Assembly: GCA_963772655.1 (NCBI GenBank)
Contig: CAVYYE010000009.1
Location: 214,343 to 278,342 of the forward strand
Length of the DNA: 64,000 nt
Source: an uncultured delta proteobacterium
GTDB lineage: Bacteria > Myxococcota_A > Polyangia > Haliangiales > Haliangiaceae
Reading direction: 5' to 3'
A program made the position numbers and the translations under genes. The notes beneath the pieces were generated by a model that was not told the DNA's origin, made no database searches, and saw nothing but the letters and a program-made list of their open reading frames with translations. Numbering within the stretch: the stretch's first letter is position 1; each line of letters starts with the position of its first letter. Of the stretch, positions 44,251 to 53,535 are shown in pieces.

Positions 44251-45777
44251 TTGGAGCGACTTGGCGAGATCGATATCTCGTGGGCGGCGATGGTGCTCGC
44301 CATCACGACCCTGATCGTCGCGCTGTTCGCGCGGCGCTTGTTGCCCGCGGGCCACACCAACCGCGGCCGGCTTCCGATCATCTTCCTTCTGCTGTCGCTC
44401 CTGCTCCGGGCGCTCGCGGTACCGATCGAGATGGGGGAGCACGACACCGTCGTGCTCGGCCTCAAGCTGGCGTCGGCGATCCTGCTCGCCGCCGGCATGA
44501 CCGGTGTGGTCGGCAAGCTGGTGTTCGACATCGTGCTCGCCCGGCTGCTCGTGGTGCCGACGATCCTGCGCGATCTCCTCTTGTTCGTCGCGTTCATCAT
44601 CACGGTGATGACGATCCTCCAGCAGAGCGGCGCCAGCCTGGTCTCGCTGGTCACCACGTCCGGCGTGCTGATCGCGGTGGTCGGTCTCGCGCTGCAGCAA
44701 CCGATCGCCAACACGTTCGCGGGGCTGTCGCTGCAGCTCGATCGCACGATCGGCGTCGGTGACTGGATCCAGATCGAGAACCAGATCGGACGGATCGTGA
44801 AGGTGTCGTTCCGGGCGACCACGATCTGGACGCGCGACGGCGATCTGATCTCGTTCCCCAACAACTACTTCATGACTCGTGCGGTCACCAACTACAGCCG
44901 GCCGCAGACCAACCACCGCATGCTGTGCAGCGTCGGTTTTCACTACCGGCACCCACCCAACGAGGTGAAGCGAGTGATCGCAGGAGCGGTCCGCGGCTGT
45001 CCCGGCGTGCTGGCGGAACCCGAACCCGAGATCGTGGTGCGCTCGTTCGCCGACTCGGCGGTCGAGTATGCGGTGGTCTACTGGATCGACGAGCTCGCGC
45101 GCGACATCCACATCGAGTCCGACGTCCGCACCCGCGTGTGGTACGCCGCACGCCGCGCGGGGATCGAGATCCCGTTCCCGCAGCGCACGGTGCAGCTCCA
45201 CGAGATCACCGAAGAGACCACCAAGCGCGATGCCGCCCGCGATCTCGACGACCGGCGCCGCGCGCTCGCCGGGGTCGAGCTGTTTCGCGATCTCGAGCCG
45301 GGAGACCTCGACCTGCTCGCCGAGGGCATGCACGAACGGATGTACGCGGGCGGCGAGCGAATCGTCCGTCAGGGCGATGCGGGTGACTCTCTGTTCCTGA
45401 TGGACGAGGGCGAGGTCGGCATCGTGCTCGAGGTCGACGGTGTGGAGCGTCAGGTCGCGAAGCTCGCCGCCGGCGACGTGCTCGGCGAGCTCTCGCTGAT
45501 GACCGGCGAGCGCCGCACCGCGACCTGCGTCGCCCTGAGCGACGTCTGCGCGTACGAGATCAGCCACGAGCTGTTCGATCGCCTGCTGAGGGAGAAGCCC
45601 GCGCTCGCCGAGATGTTCAGCACGATCCTGTCGGAACGCCAGCACGTGCTCGACGCGGAGCGCGGTGACCTGTCGGCGGAGGCCTCGGGCTCGCACCGGC
45701 GGGTCGAGAGCAAGCGACAGTTCCTCAAGCGGATCCAGACGTACTTCCGTCTCGGACGGCCCGGCGACAGCACGTGA
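44251..45777 (+). CDS. Mechanosensitive channel (MscS family) with a C-terminal cyclic-nucleotide-binding domain
   Basis: TM helices plus MscS beta-domain motifs (GDWIQIENQIGRIVKVSFRATTIWTRDGDLISFPNNYF). C-terminal cNMP-binding fold (FRDLEPGDLDLLAEG...GELSLMTGERRTATCVA). Confidence 0.85.
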   Translation: MERLGEIDISWAAMVLAITTLIVALFARRLLPAGHTNRGRLPIIFLLLSLLLRALAVPIEMGEHDTVVLGLKLASAILLAAGMTGVVGKLVFDIVLARLLVVPTILRDLLLFVAFIITVMTILQQSGASLVSLVTTSGVLIAVVGLALQQPIANTFAGLSLQLDRTIGVGDWIQIENQIGRIVKVSFRATTIWTRDGDLISFPNNYFMTRAVTNYSRPQTNHRMLCSVGFHYRHPPNEVKRVIAGAVRGCPGVLAEPEPEIVVRSFADSAVEYAVVYWIDELARDIHIESDVRTRVWYAARRAGIEIPFPQRTVQLHEITEETTKRDAARDLDDRRRALAGVELFRDLEPGDLDLLAEGMHERMYAGGERIVRQGDAGDSLFLMDEGEVGIVLEVDGVERQVAKLAAGDVLGELSLMTGERRTATCVALSDVCAYEISHELFDRLLREKPALAEMFSTILSERQHVLDAERGDLSAEASGSHRRVESKRQFLKRIQTYFRLGRPGDST

Positions 45778-46955
45778 TCGCCTATCTGACCGACGTCGAG
45801 GGGCGGTGGGACAAGCTGACGACGTTCGTCGACGGCAACCCGCACGTCGCGCTGATCGATGGCCGCCTGCAGCTCGCCGACGACGTGACGTTCGTGTTCG
45901 GTGGCGACGCGGTCGATCGGGGACCGCACGGGCGCCGGTTCGTCGCGCTGCTCGTCGAGGCCCATCGCACGTACGGCGATCGCGTGGTCCTGCTGGCGGG
46001 CAATCGCGACATCAACAAGCTGCGGCTCGCGAGCGAGCTCGCCGGGGCGCCCCACCCTCGCGCACCCGCCGAGGTCACGAGCGATCGCGCGAAGCTGCTC
46101 GCGTGGACGCTCGCCAACACGATGGGCGCCAGCAAAGCGTTCACGTATCGCGCCACCGAGCTCGCGGCGAGCGGAGCTCCGCACGATGCCGCGGCCGTGA
46201 CCGCGAGCTTCCTCGACGACGTCTCGCCCGATGGTCCGCTGCGTGCGTACCTGCGCGTCGCCCGGCTCGGCTACCGCCACGGGGCGACGTTGTTTCTCCA
46301 CGGCGGCATCACCTCCGATAACTTCCTGCGTGCTCCCGGTCGCGACCCCGCGCGCGACATCGATGGCTGGCTCGCGCGACTCGACGAGTTCTACCGCGAG
46401 CAACTCGCGGCGTTCGAGGCCGGCCGCCGGCCGTCGGAGCTGATCGCCTATCAAACGCCCCACCTGCCGAGCCGGCTCAACCAGGACAGCGTCGTCTACG
46501 CCCGCCCCACCGACGAGCACGGCAATCCGCATCTCCCTGCCGCCGACATCATCCAGCAGCTGCGCGCCGATGGCATCGGGCGACTCGTCGTCGGTCATAC
46601 GCCGAGCGGTGACTGTCCGGCGATCGTGCGCGACGGCGAGTTCGAGCTCGTGCTCGCCGACAACTCGTACGGCCGGATCGAGCGGGGCTCGCAGGTCGCG
46701 CTGTCCGATGCGACGACGGCCGTCCGCGGTGTCACCCGGCTCGACGACGGCAGCGAGGAGATTGTGCGGTTCGAAGCAGCTCGCGACGATGGGTCGCCGC
46801 TCGGCCGCCGGCTCGACAGCGGTCACCTCGTCAAGGCGCGCCTCGAGCGCGGTGACTATTTGCTGTTCCGAGGCCTGCCTCGTTACCAGGTCGAACAGTG
46901 TGCCGCGACCGAGACCGAGCTCGGCACGCTCGAAGCGCCCCACTCGCGCGCGTGA
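45774..46955 (+). CDS. Metallophosphoesterase (calcineurin-like/PPP-type phosphatase fold)
   Basis: GDAVDRGP and GNRD motifs. The start overlaps the stop of the upstream channel gene. Confidence 0.7.
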   Translation: MIAYLTDVEGRWDKLTTFVDGNPHVALIDGRLQLADDVTFVFGGDAVDRGPHGRRFVALLVEAHRTYGDRVVLLAGNRDINKLRLASELAGAPHPRAPAEVTSDRAKLLAWTLANTMGASKAFTYRATELAASGAPHDAAAVTASFLDDVSPDGPLRAYLRVARLGYRHGATLFLHGGITSDNFLRAPGRDPARDIDGWLARLDEFYREQLAAFEAGRRPSELIAYQTPHLPSRLNQDSVVYARPTDEHGNPHLPAADIIQQLRADGIGRLVVGHTPSGDCPAIVRDGEFELVLADNSYGRIERGSQVALSDATTAVRGVTRLDDGSEEIVRFEAARDDGSPLGRRLDSGHLVKARLERGDYLLFRGLPRYQVEQCAATETELGTLEAPHSRA

Positions 46956-47795
46956 CTATGGCGTGCGGAGATCGCGCTCGTCGACCCGCTGGAGGTCGGC
47001 CCACACCGGTCGATGATCGGAGCGACCGGCTTCGACCACACCCGCGGCGACGGCGACGAAGCGATCGTCGTACAGCACGTGATCGAGCTGGAACCGCAAC
47101 AGCAGCTTGCCGACCGGCCACTGCCAGGTCCGATGCTTGCCCGCGAACTGCGAGACCGCGTCGGTGTAGCCGCGTTGGACCGCGAGTCCGAGCGCGCGGC
47201 CGTCGCCCTCCTCGTTGAAGTCACCGGCGATGATGGTCGGAAGCTCTGGCTCGAGCCGCGCGAGATGCCACGCGAGCTCGTGCTCGCGGTTCTCGCGGGT
47301 CGAGAAGAAGCCGACCACCCAGCTACCGCCATCGCTGATCGGCGGATGCAGGTGCACGTCGAGGAGCTGGACCTTGCCGCCCGGCGCATCGATCACGATC
47401 CGCCACGCGAAGAACGGGCCCGCCGTGCTCGGTAGCTCCTCGATCGAGACGATCGGGTACTTCGAGAGCACGCCGAGACCGCCGGCCGGCCACCCCTTGG
47501 CGGCCCCGAAGCGTCGGAATGGATAGCCGCTCGCGGCGAACGCGCGCCGCCAGTCCGGCGTGGTCTCCTGGAGCAGCACGATGTCGGCGTGGGTCGCGGC
47601 GACGGCACGCACGCCGCGGGGATCACCGGCGAGGCCGAAGTTGACGTTGTAGCTGGCGACCCGCAGGACCTGCGGCGTGCGCGCGGGAATCGGTGTCGGA
47701 GATGGTGTCGAGGCCAGGGAGCCGAACGTCACCGGCGCCGGGTTCGAACACGCTGCCGCGGCCCCGACCACGACGATCACCACCAGCATCCTCAT
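46956..47795 (-). CDS. Endonuclease/exonuclease/phosphatase (EEP) family lipoprotein
   Basis: Lipobox GAAAAC. LRVASYNVN, LLQE, GDFN and SDHRPV motifs of the EEP fold. Confidence 0.8.
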   Translation of the reverse strand: MRMLVVIVVVGAAAACSNPAPVTFGSLASTPSPTPIPARTPQVLRVASYNVNFGLAGDPRGVRAVAATHADIVLLQETTPDWRRAFAASGYPFRRFGAAKGWPAGGLGVLSKYPIVSIEELPSTAGPFFAWRIVIDAPGGKVQLLDVHLHPPISDGGSWVVGFFSTRENREHELAWHLARLEPELPTIIAGDFNEEGDGRALGLAVQRGYTDAVSQFAGKHRTWQWPVGKLLLRFQLDHVLYDDRFVAVAAGVVEAGRSDHRPVWADLQRVDERDLRTP

Positions 47796-47866
47796 TCCCG
47801 ATGAGACGCGCGAGCGACAAACGGGGTTGCATCGTGCAACCCCGTGGTGGCGGCTGGCTGGCTCGT

Positions 47867-49925
47867 TCAGGGCGCGGTCAGCGTGTAGCTGTTCTTCGCG
47901 CCGTTGTAGCCGAACACGCGGACGCTGCCGCCCGCGGGCACCGTGACCTCCTCGGAGTCGTTGGTGCTGGTGCTGCTGCCGACCTTGCTACCCGACGCGT
48001 CGTACGCCTCCAGGTCGAGGTCGCCGTTGCTGTGCGTGAACTCGATGCGCACCGTGCCGCCGGCCGCGCTCGAGAACCAGTCCTCGTCGGCCGCGCAGAT
48101 CCGCAGGTCGGTCACCGTGCCGCTCGCGGCGACGGCCGCGGCCTGGGTGTCGTTGGGCTCCTTCGCGTCGGTGCACTCCATGCCGGGCAACTCGAGCGAG
48201 CAGTACTCGGTCGACTCGGAGGGCTTCGTGGTGTCGGCGGCGACATCACGCTGCGCGCACACCTCGTCCTCCTGCCACGGCCGCCAGTCGGCACCGCGGC
48301 CGATCGACTCGGCGTACGACTGCCACAGCTGGTAGCCGTCGTCGCGCGACTCGAACACCACCGGCGCGATGCAGGTGTGGTTGGCCTCGGCGGCCGCCGA
48401 GATCCTTCTGGGCCTTGTCCATGATGATCGCGTACATCGCCGACGTGCTGGAGTTCCAGCAGCAGGTCTTGCTCTTGGTGTAGTCGAGCTCGGCGAACAC
48501 GTAGTCCTCGAGGTTGCGGTACTGCGCGTCGACATCACCCTTGCTCATGCCGAGCTCGCGCCCGACGTCGTACAGCTGGTGGAACGCCTGCTCGCGCCGC
48601 TCGCGCGCCGCGCACGACGCCGGGTACTGCGCCAGGTGGTGGCGCGCGTCGTCGATCTGCACGAGCAGCTCGTCGCGCTTCTGCTCCGGCGGCACCTGCC
48701 CCAGGAGCTGCTCGAATCGCGCGGGACGCGCCGCGATCCGGGCGTAGTCCGTCGAGTTGATCCAGCTCGCCTCGTCGGAGGCCATCCAGGTGTTGGTCCA
48801 GTAGCCGCCCACGTTCTTGGTCACGCGCCAGCGCTTGATGCCGCCGCCGAGCTTGGCGTACGGCGTGCCGTCCGAGGCCTCGCCCTCACCACCGGTGTAC
48901 GCGCTGGTGAAGTAGCTCTTCGACGACTGACCGCTCTGCTGCTTGCCCTGGCGGCGAGGCATCGAGCCCGAGATCGTGGTGACGTCCTTGCTGCCACCAT
49001 CGAGCTCGCGCACTTCCTTGACCACGATCGTGTGGCCGATGCCGTTCTTCTGCCAGCGCTCCAGCAACGTGTCTCCCGGGCGCACCGCGTCGGGGACGAT
49101 GTTGTACGTGTTCGCCGTGTCGGCGACGTTCATCGAGCCGAGGTAGGCCAGCGTCATCAGCGCGAAGTAGCCGACGCGCTTGTTGAGGAAGATCTCGTCG
49201 ACGTAGGCGCCGAACTGCGCGCCCGGGGCGATCATGTCCTGGTTGTCCTCGCCGCCCGCGAGGTGCTTGGCGCGCAGCTTGGCGTCGTGCGGCCACGACG
49301 TCTGCCAGTCGCTGTTCGACTCGTCGCGGTAGCGAACCCCGAACTCGGGCGAGTTGGCGTAGCGCCCCGACTGCGTGCGCACGCCGTTGTGGCTGAAGTA
49401 GACGCGATTGCCGTGCTCGTCCTGGGTCTCCCAGAACAGCGGCAGCTCGTACCACGACGCGAACGCGATCCGCAGGAACATCGCCATCTCGGCGCACTCG
49501 AGCCGGGGCGACGGCAGCGTCTTGCCCCACGGCGTGCTCAGCTCGAACGTCGTGGAGTAGCCATCGAGTGCCGGGATCCAGTTGAACGACTCGATCCACT
49601 TCGAGAACTTCTGGTCCCAGTTGAGGCCGCTGTCGGCGGGCCACGCCATGCCGGCCTTGCGCGCGGCCGGCGTGTCCGTGTCTTCCCACTTGTTCCGCGC
49701 AGTCCACACCTGGGTGCGCGTCGTGTCGGTGTTCACCAGCAAGCCACGACGGAGCTCGGAGTCCTCCTTGCCGGGAGGCGGCGTCGGTCCGAGTGGACCG
49801 TCCATGCCCCATTCGTCATCGAGTGCCGACTGGGAATCGGTCGCGCAGCCGATCGTTCCGATCGTGCAACACAGGAGACAAGCGAGGATGGCGAGCTTGC
49901 GCATGCGCGGATGCAAAGCATCCAT
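47867..49925 (-). CDS. Large lipoprotein with a C-terminal pre-peptidase (PPC)-like domain, interrupted by an apparent frameshift near 48395
   Basis: Lipobox LLCCTIGTIGC. Real-looking frame over 48400..49925, then continuation in the ORF 47867..48538 frame (…ISAAAEANHTCIAPVVFESRDDGYQLWQ…TVRIEFTHSNGDLDLEAYDASG…YTLTAP). Confidence 0.55.
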
Positions 49926-50225
49926 CGTGCCGGCCGGAGTGCCTGCAACCTCGGTGGGTTACGGGTGTGTTCGGTCTCCCGACCAGCCGACTAGCCAGGC
50001 CACCAGACCTAGCAGTCGAAGGGATCGCCGAGAGGAAGTGCACGGGGCCGCGCAAACCGCGAACCGCGCTGAACAACTGCGGTGCGCGGGAACAATGACG
50101 ACGAGGCGGGTGTGGCCCGGGGCCCAACCGGACCACACCCTCGATCGAGTCACCACATCTCGATCGATCTCGCCGAAGACGGTTGTCGGGCGCCGTCCGA
50201 AGACGGTGGCGGAGCGCCCGCGAGA

Positions 50226-50450
50226 CTAGCCCTGGACGATCGTCGCGCCGTTGGCCGACACCACGCTGGTGCCGCGCTTGCGGTTCATCGTCAGCATCAT
50301 CAGCGGCAGGAGCAGGTTGCTCTGATCGCTGTTCTTGCTGGTCGACAGGCTCGACAGCGAGTCCTTGATCGAGGTCAGCGACTGGGTGAGCTCGGTGTTC
50401 TTGCTGGCGCCGCCGGAGACGGTCGCGAGGGTGTCAACGTCGAGGTGCTT
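50226..50450 (-). CDS. Small protein (75 aa) with a double-glycine leader-like N-terminus (MKHLDVDTLATVSGG) and a Ser/Thr/Asn/Leu-rich core. Candidate orphan bacteriocin/RiPP-type precursor.
   Basis: Very strong GC3 codon bias supports translation. The leader matches the L(-12), L(-7), V(-4), GG(-2,-1) double-glycine consensus. Confidence 0.45.
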   Translation of the reverse strand, partial: KHLDVDTLATVSGGASKNTELTQSLTSIKDSLSSLSTSKNSDQSNLLLPLMMLTMNRKRGTSVVSANGATIVQG

Positions 50451-50575
50451 CATGCCTCGGAGGATGTGCAGCGCGCGTGCCGCGTTTGCCGCCAATGCGT
50501 TCGCGAACTTCGGCGAACACCCCAGTAAACCGCACCGAGCAGATCGAGTCCGCGAGAACGCGCTATACCCGACGC

Positions 50576-51130
50576 ATGGTCCGCCTCGCGGTACTGACCG
50601 CGCTCGCTGGTTGCTGGACGGGATCGGCCCCGCCGCCCGCACCGCCACCGGCACCGAGCCCCCCGCCCCGCCCCGTCCCGCACCTCGAGGTCAGCTACGC
50701 GCAGACCATGTGCCTCGGGCGCTGCCCGGCGTTCGAGCTGGTCATCCGGCGCGGCGGCCGGGTCGAGTGGAACGGCCGGCGGTTCGTGGCCGTGCAGGGC
50801 CGGCGCACGCGCCACATCTCGCGGCGCGACCTCGAGGCGCTCGATCGCGCGATCGAGCGCGCCCGGTTCTTCGAGCGCGACGAGTACGGCCACTTCCCGA
50901 TCAAGCCGACCTGCACGACGTCCGGCGGCACCACGACGTGCACGGTCCACAGCATCAACATCTGCACCGATACCTCGCACACGATCATCACGGTCGAGCG
51001 TGGCGGCCGGCGATGGCGCATCGACGACGCGCACTGCTCGAACGAGGACGACGACCTCCTCGCGCTCGAGAAGATGATCGTCGATCGCGCGGGGGTCGCC
51101 GACTTGATCGGCGGCGACATCGACTACTGA
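50576..51130 (+). CDS. Hypothetical lipoprotein
   Basis: MVRLAVLTALAGC lipobox followed by a Pro/Ala linker. Cys-containing globular domain. Confidence 0.55.
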   Translation: MVRLAVLTALAGCWTGSAPPPAPPPAPSPPPRPVPHLEVSYAQTMCLGRCPAFELVIRRGGRVEWNGRRFVAVQGRRTRHISRRDLEALDRAIERARFFERDEYGHFPIKPTCTTSGGTTTCTVHSINICTDTSHTIITVERGGRRWRIDDAHCSNEDDDLLALEKMIVDRAGVADLIGGDIDY

Positions 51131-51149
51131 CGTCGGGTATCGTCCGGAC

Positions 51150-51938
51150 GTGAAAGCACTCCTCGCGCTCGTCGTGATCGCGGCATGCACGACGCCGTCG
51201 ATGGCCAAGCCTCGATGCGCGAAGCAGCCGACGACCGCACCGACTCCGAACGGCGTCAAGCAGCTCCAGTTCGCGGCCGCCGACAAGGTTCCGATCACCG
51301 CCGACCTCTACGCGCCGCATCCCGCGACCGCACCGTTCGTGATCCTGTTCCATCAGGCCGGCTACAGCCGTGGCGAGTACCGCACGGTCGCACCGCGCCT
51401 CAACGCGCTCGGCTGGAACGCGCTGGCGATCGACGCGCGGTCCGGACGTGCCACCGAGGGCGTCGGCAACGCGACCGCGTTCGCCGCCTGCAAGCTCGGC
51501 AAGGGCGGCAACTACCTCGATGCGATCGCCGATCTCGAGGCCGCCGTGACCTACGCGCACGAGCACCTCGCCAAGGGCAAGCTCGTGATCTGGGGCAGCT
51601 CGTACTCGGCGGGCCTGGTCCTGGCGATCGGCGCGAAGCTGCGCGTCGACGGCATCCTCGCGTTCTCCCCCGGCGAGTACTTCGCCAAGCTCGGCAAATC
51701 CAAGACCTGGGTCGCCGACGGGGCGCGCAAGCTGAAGGTGCCGACGTTCATCACCAGCGCGCGCGACGAGGCCTCGAACTGGGCCCCGATCGCGAAGGCG
51801 ATCACCGCCGTGAAGCCGATGACGTTCGTCCCGAAAACCGCCGGCCGGCATGGTTCGAGTGCGCTGTGGCCCACCCAGTCCGATGCCGACGCGTACTGGA
51901 AGGCGACGACGGCGTTCCTGCGCCAGTTCGAGCGCTAG
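51150..51938 (+). CDS. Secreted alpha/beta hydrolase (dienelactone hydrolase-like)
   Basis: Signal peptide. GSSYSAG nucleophile elbow (GxSxG) and a downstream Asp/His. Confidence 0.75.
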   Translation: MKALLALVVIAACTTPSMAKPRCAKQPTTAPTPNGVKQLQFAAADKVPITADLYAPHPATAPFVILFHQAGYSRGEYRTVAPRLNALGWNALAIDARSGRATEGVGNATAFAACKLGKGGNYLDAIADLEAAVTYAHEHLAKGKLVIWGSSYSAGLVLAIGAKLRVDGILAFSPGEYFAKLGKSKTWVADGARKLKVPTFITSARDEASNWAPIAKAITAVKPMTFVPKTAGRHGSSALWPTQSDADAYWKATTAFLRQFER

Positions 51939-51948
51939 TGTTTTTTGG

Positions 51949-51991
51949 ACTTCGGTTCCGCGGCCTACCTCACGGCTGCCGCCCGCGAAGT
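51949..51991. repeat. Second copy of the REP-like element, preceded by a T6 run, between convergent genes
   Basis: ACTTCGG-TTCCGCGGCCTACCTC-ACGGCTGCCGCC-CGCGAAGT. Confidence 0.5.
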
Positions 51992-53442
51992 CAGTCGACC
52001 CAGCGGATCGCGCCGAGCCGCTCGCCCCACGCGAGCACGCGCTCGGCGATCGCGTCGGCGTCGGCACGACGATCGAGCCTGGCCGGCAGGCCGCGCCGAT
52101 CCATCGCGGCGGCCAGCTCGGAATGCGAGGTCTGCCCGATCGCGCGCGCGCGTGCCTGGCGCTCGCGGAGGCCGCGGCGAGAGATCTTCAGTTGCGGAAC
52201 GGTCGGAGGCGGCAGCGGGTTGTCGATCCGCGCCGGATCGATGCACGCCGAAAGATCGCTCGCATGGGCCGCGCGCTCGTTGAGGGGCTCGAGGTTCCAG
52301 CGCTTGGTCGCGGTGGCGGCCACCGAGCAGTGCTCGAAGTCCTGATCGATCGCGCAACCGGCCCGCACGGTCGGGCCGATCACCATCGCCGGCACGCGGA
52401 ACCCGAGCCGCTGGAAGTCGGCGCGCTCGTCGACCGTCGTCGGCGGCGGCACGTGATCGAAGAACCCGCCGTGCTCGTCGTAGGTGATGACGAGCAGGCT
52501 GCGGCTCCACTGCGGGGACTGACCGAGCGCGTGCACGATGCTCGAGATCAGGGCCTGCCCGAGGCGGACATCGTGATCGGGATGATCGTCGTTGGCCCCG
52601 CCGCCGTAGAACGCCGGATCGACGATCGCGAACGGCGGCAGGCTGCCGGACGCCGCGTCCTCGAAGAACCGCTCGATCGTGCGCAGCCCGTCGACCTTGC
52701 CGTACGCCCCGGTCGCCCACGCGACGTCCGAGAAGTAGTTGATGCCGTCGATGTTGGCGTCGGCGAGGCGATCGAAGATCGAGGTGAAGCCGACGACCGG
52801 CAGGTTGGCCTTCGAACCGTTCGAGGTCGCGCCGTGCAGGAACAGCCGGTTCGGCCACGTCGGTCCGAGACACGCACAGAACCAGCGGTTGCAGATCGCG
52901 CTCTGGTCGGCGAGCGCGTAGGTCACTGGCAACTGCGAGCGCACGTGATAGCCCATGACGTCGGCCTCGGAGGAACCGGCGTGCGCGCGCACGAAGCCGT
53001 CGTTGGCGCCGTCGTCCCACTGCGCGTGCGAGGCATCCCAGTTGTGCGGCGGATCCTCGGGCGTGAAGTCGTCGAGCTTGTGCACGAAGATGTCGTGCCC
53101 CGAGGTCGAGGTGTTGTGCTCGAACCCGGTCAACCCGTCGACGTCGTCGCGGCCTTCCAGCTTGCGCAGCGACCCGAGGAAGTGGTCGAACGAACGGTTC
53201 TCCATGCACAGGACGACCATCGTCTCGACATGCGCGAGCAGCTGCTCCGCCGAGAGCTCCGACGGTGCGGCGCACGTGTTGGCCGCCGCGTCGCCGGAGC
53301 CAGTCGCCGACGCGTCGGCGGGGTCGGCGAGCGCATCCGGATCTGGCGGATCGAGATCGTGACCGCAACCGATCACGCCGGCCGCGGCGGACACACCGAG
53401 CCCTGCGAGAATCTGCCGGCGGCTCGGATCTCTGCGCCTCAT
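51991..53442 (-). CDS. Phosphoesterase family protein (non-hemolytic phospholipase C / acid phosphatase-type), Tat-secreted
   Basis: Twin-arginine signal SRRQILAGLGVSAAAGVIGC. ENRSFDHFLG and ITYDEHGGFFDH motifs of the PLC/phosphoesterase family. Confidence 0.8.
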   Translation of the reverse strand: MRRRDPSRRQILAGLGVSAAAGVIGCGHDLDPPDPDALADPADASATGSGDAAANTCAAPSELSAEQLLAHVETMVVLCMENRSFDHFLGSLRKLEGRDDVDGLTGFEHNTSTSGHDIFVHKLDDFTPEDPPHNWDASHAQWDDGANDGFVRAHAGSSEADVMGYHVRSQLPVTYALADQSAICNRWFCACLGPTWPNRLFLHGATSNGSKANLPVVGFTSIFDRLADANIDGINYFSDVAWATGAYGKVDGLRTIERFFEDAASGSLPPFAIVDPAFYGGGANDDHPDHDVRLGQALISSIVHALGQSPQWSRSLLVITYDEHGGFFDHVPPPTTVDERADFQRLGFRVPAMVIGPTVRAGCAIDQDFEHCSVAATATKRWNLEPLNERAAHASDLSACIDPARIDNPLPPPTVPQLKISRRGLRERQARARAIGQTSHSELAAAMDRRGLPARLDRRADADAIAERVLAWGERLGAIRWVD

Positions 53443-53535
53443 GCGAGGCCGAATCTGCCACAGACGTGCACGGAATTGACCCATTTCGAGGCTGGACACG
53501 GTCGGCGAATGCGTTAACTCTCGACTCTTCCATCG

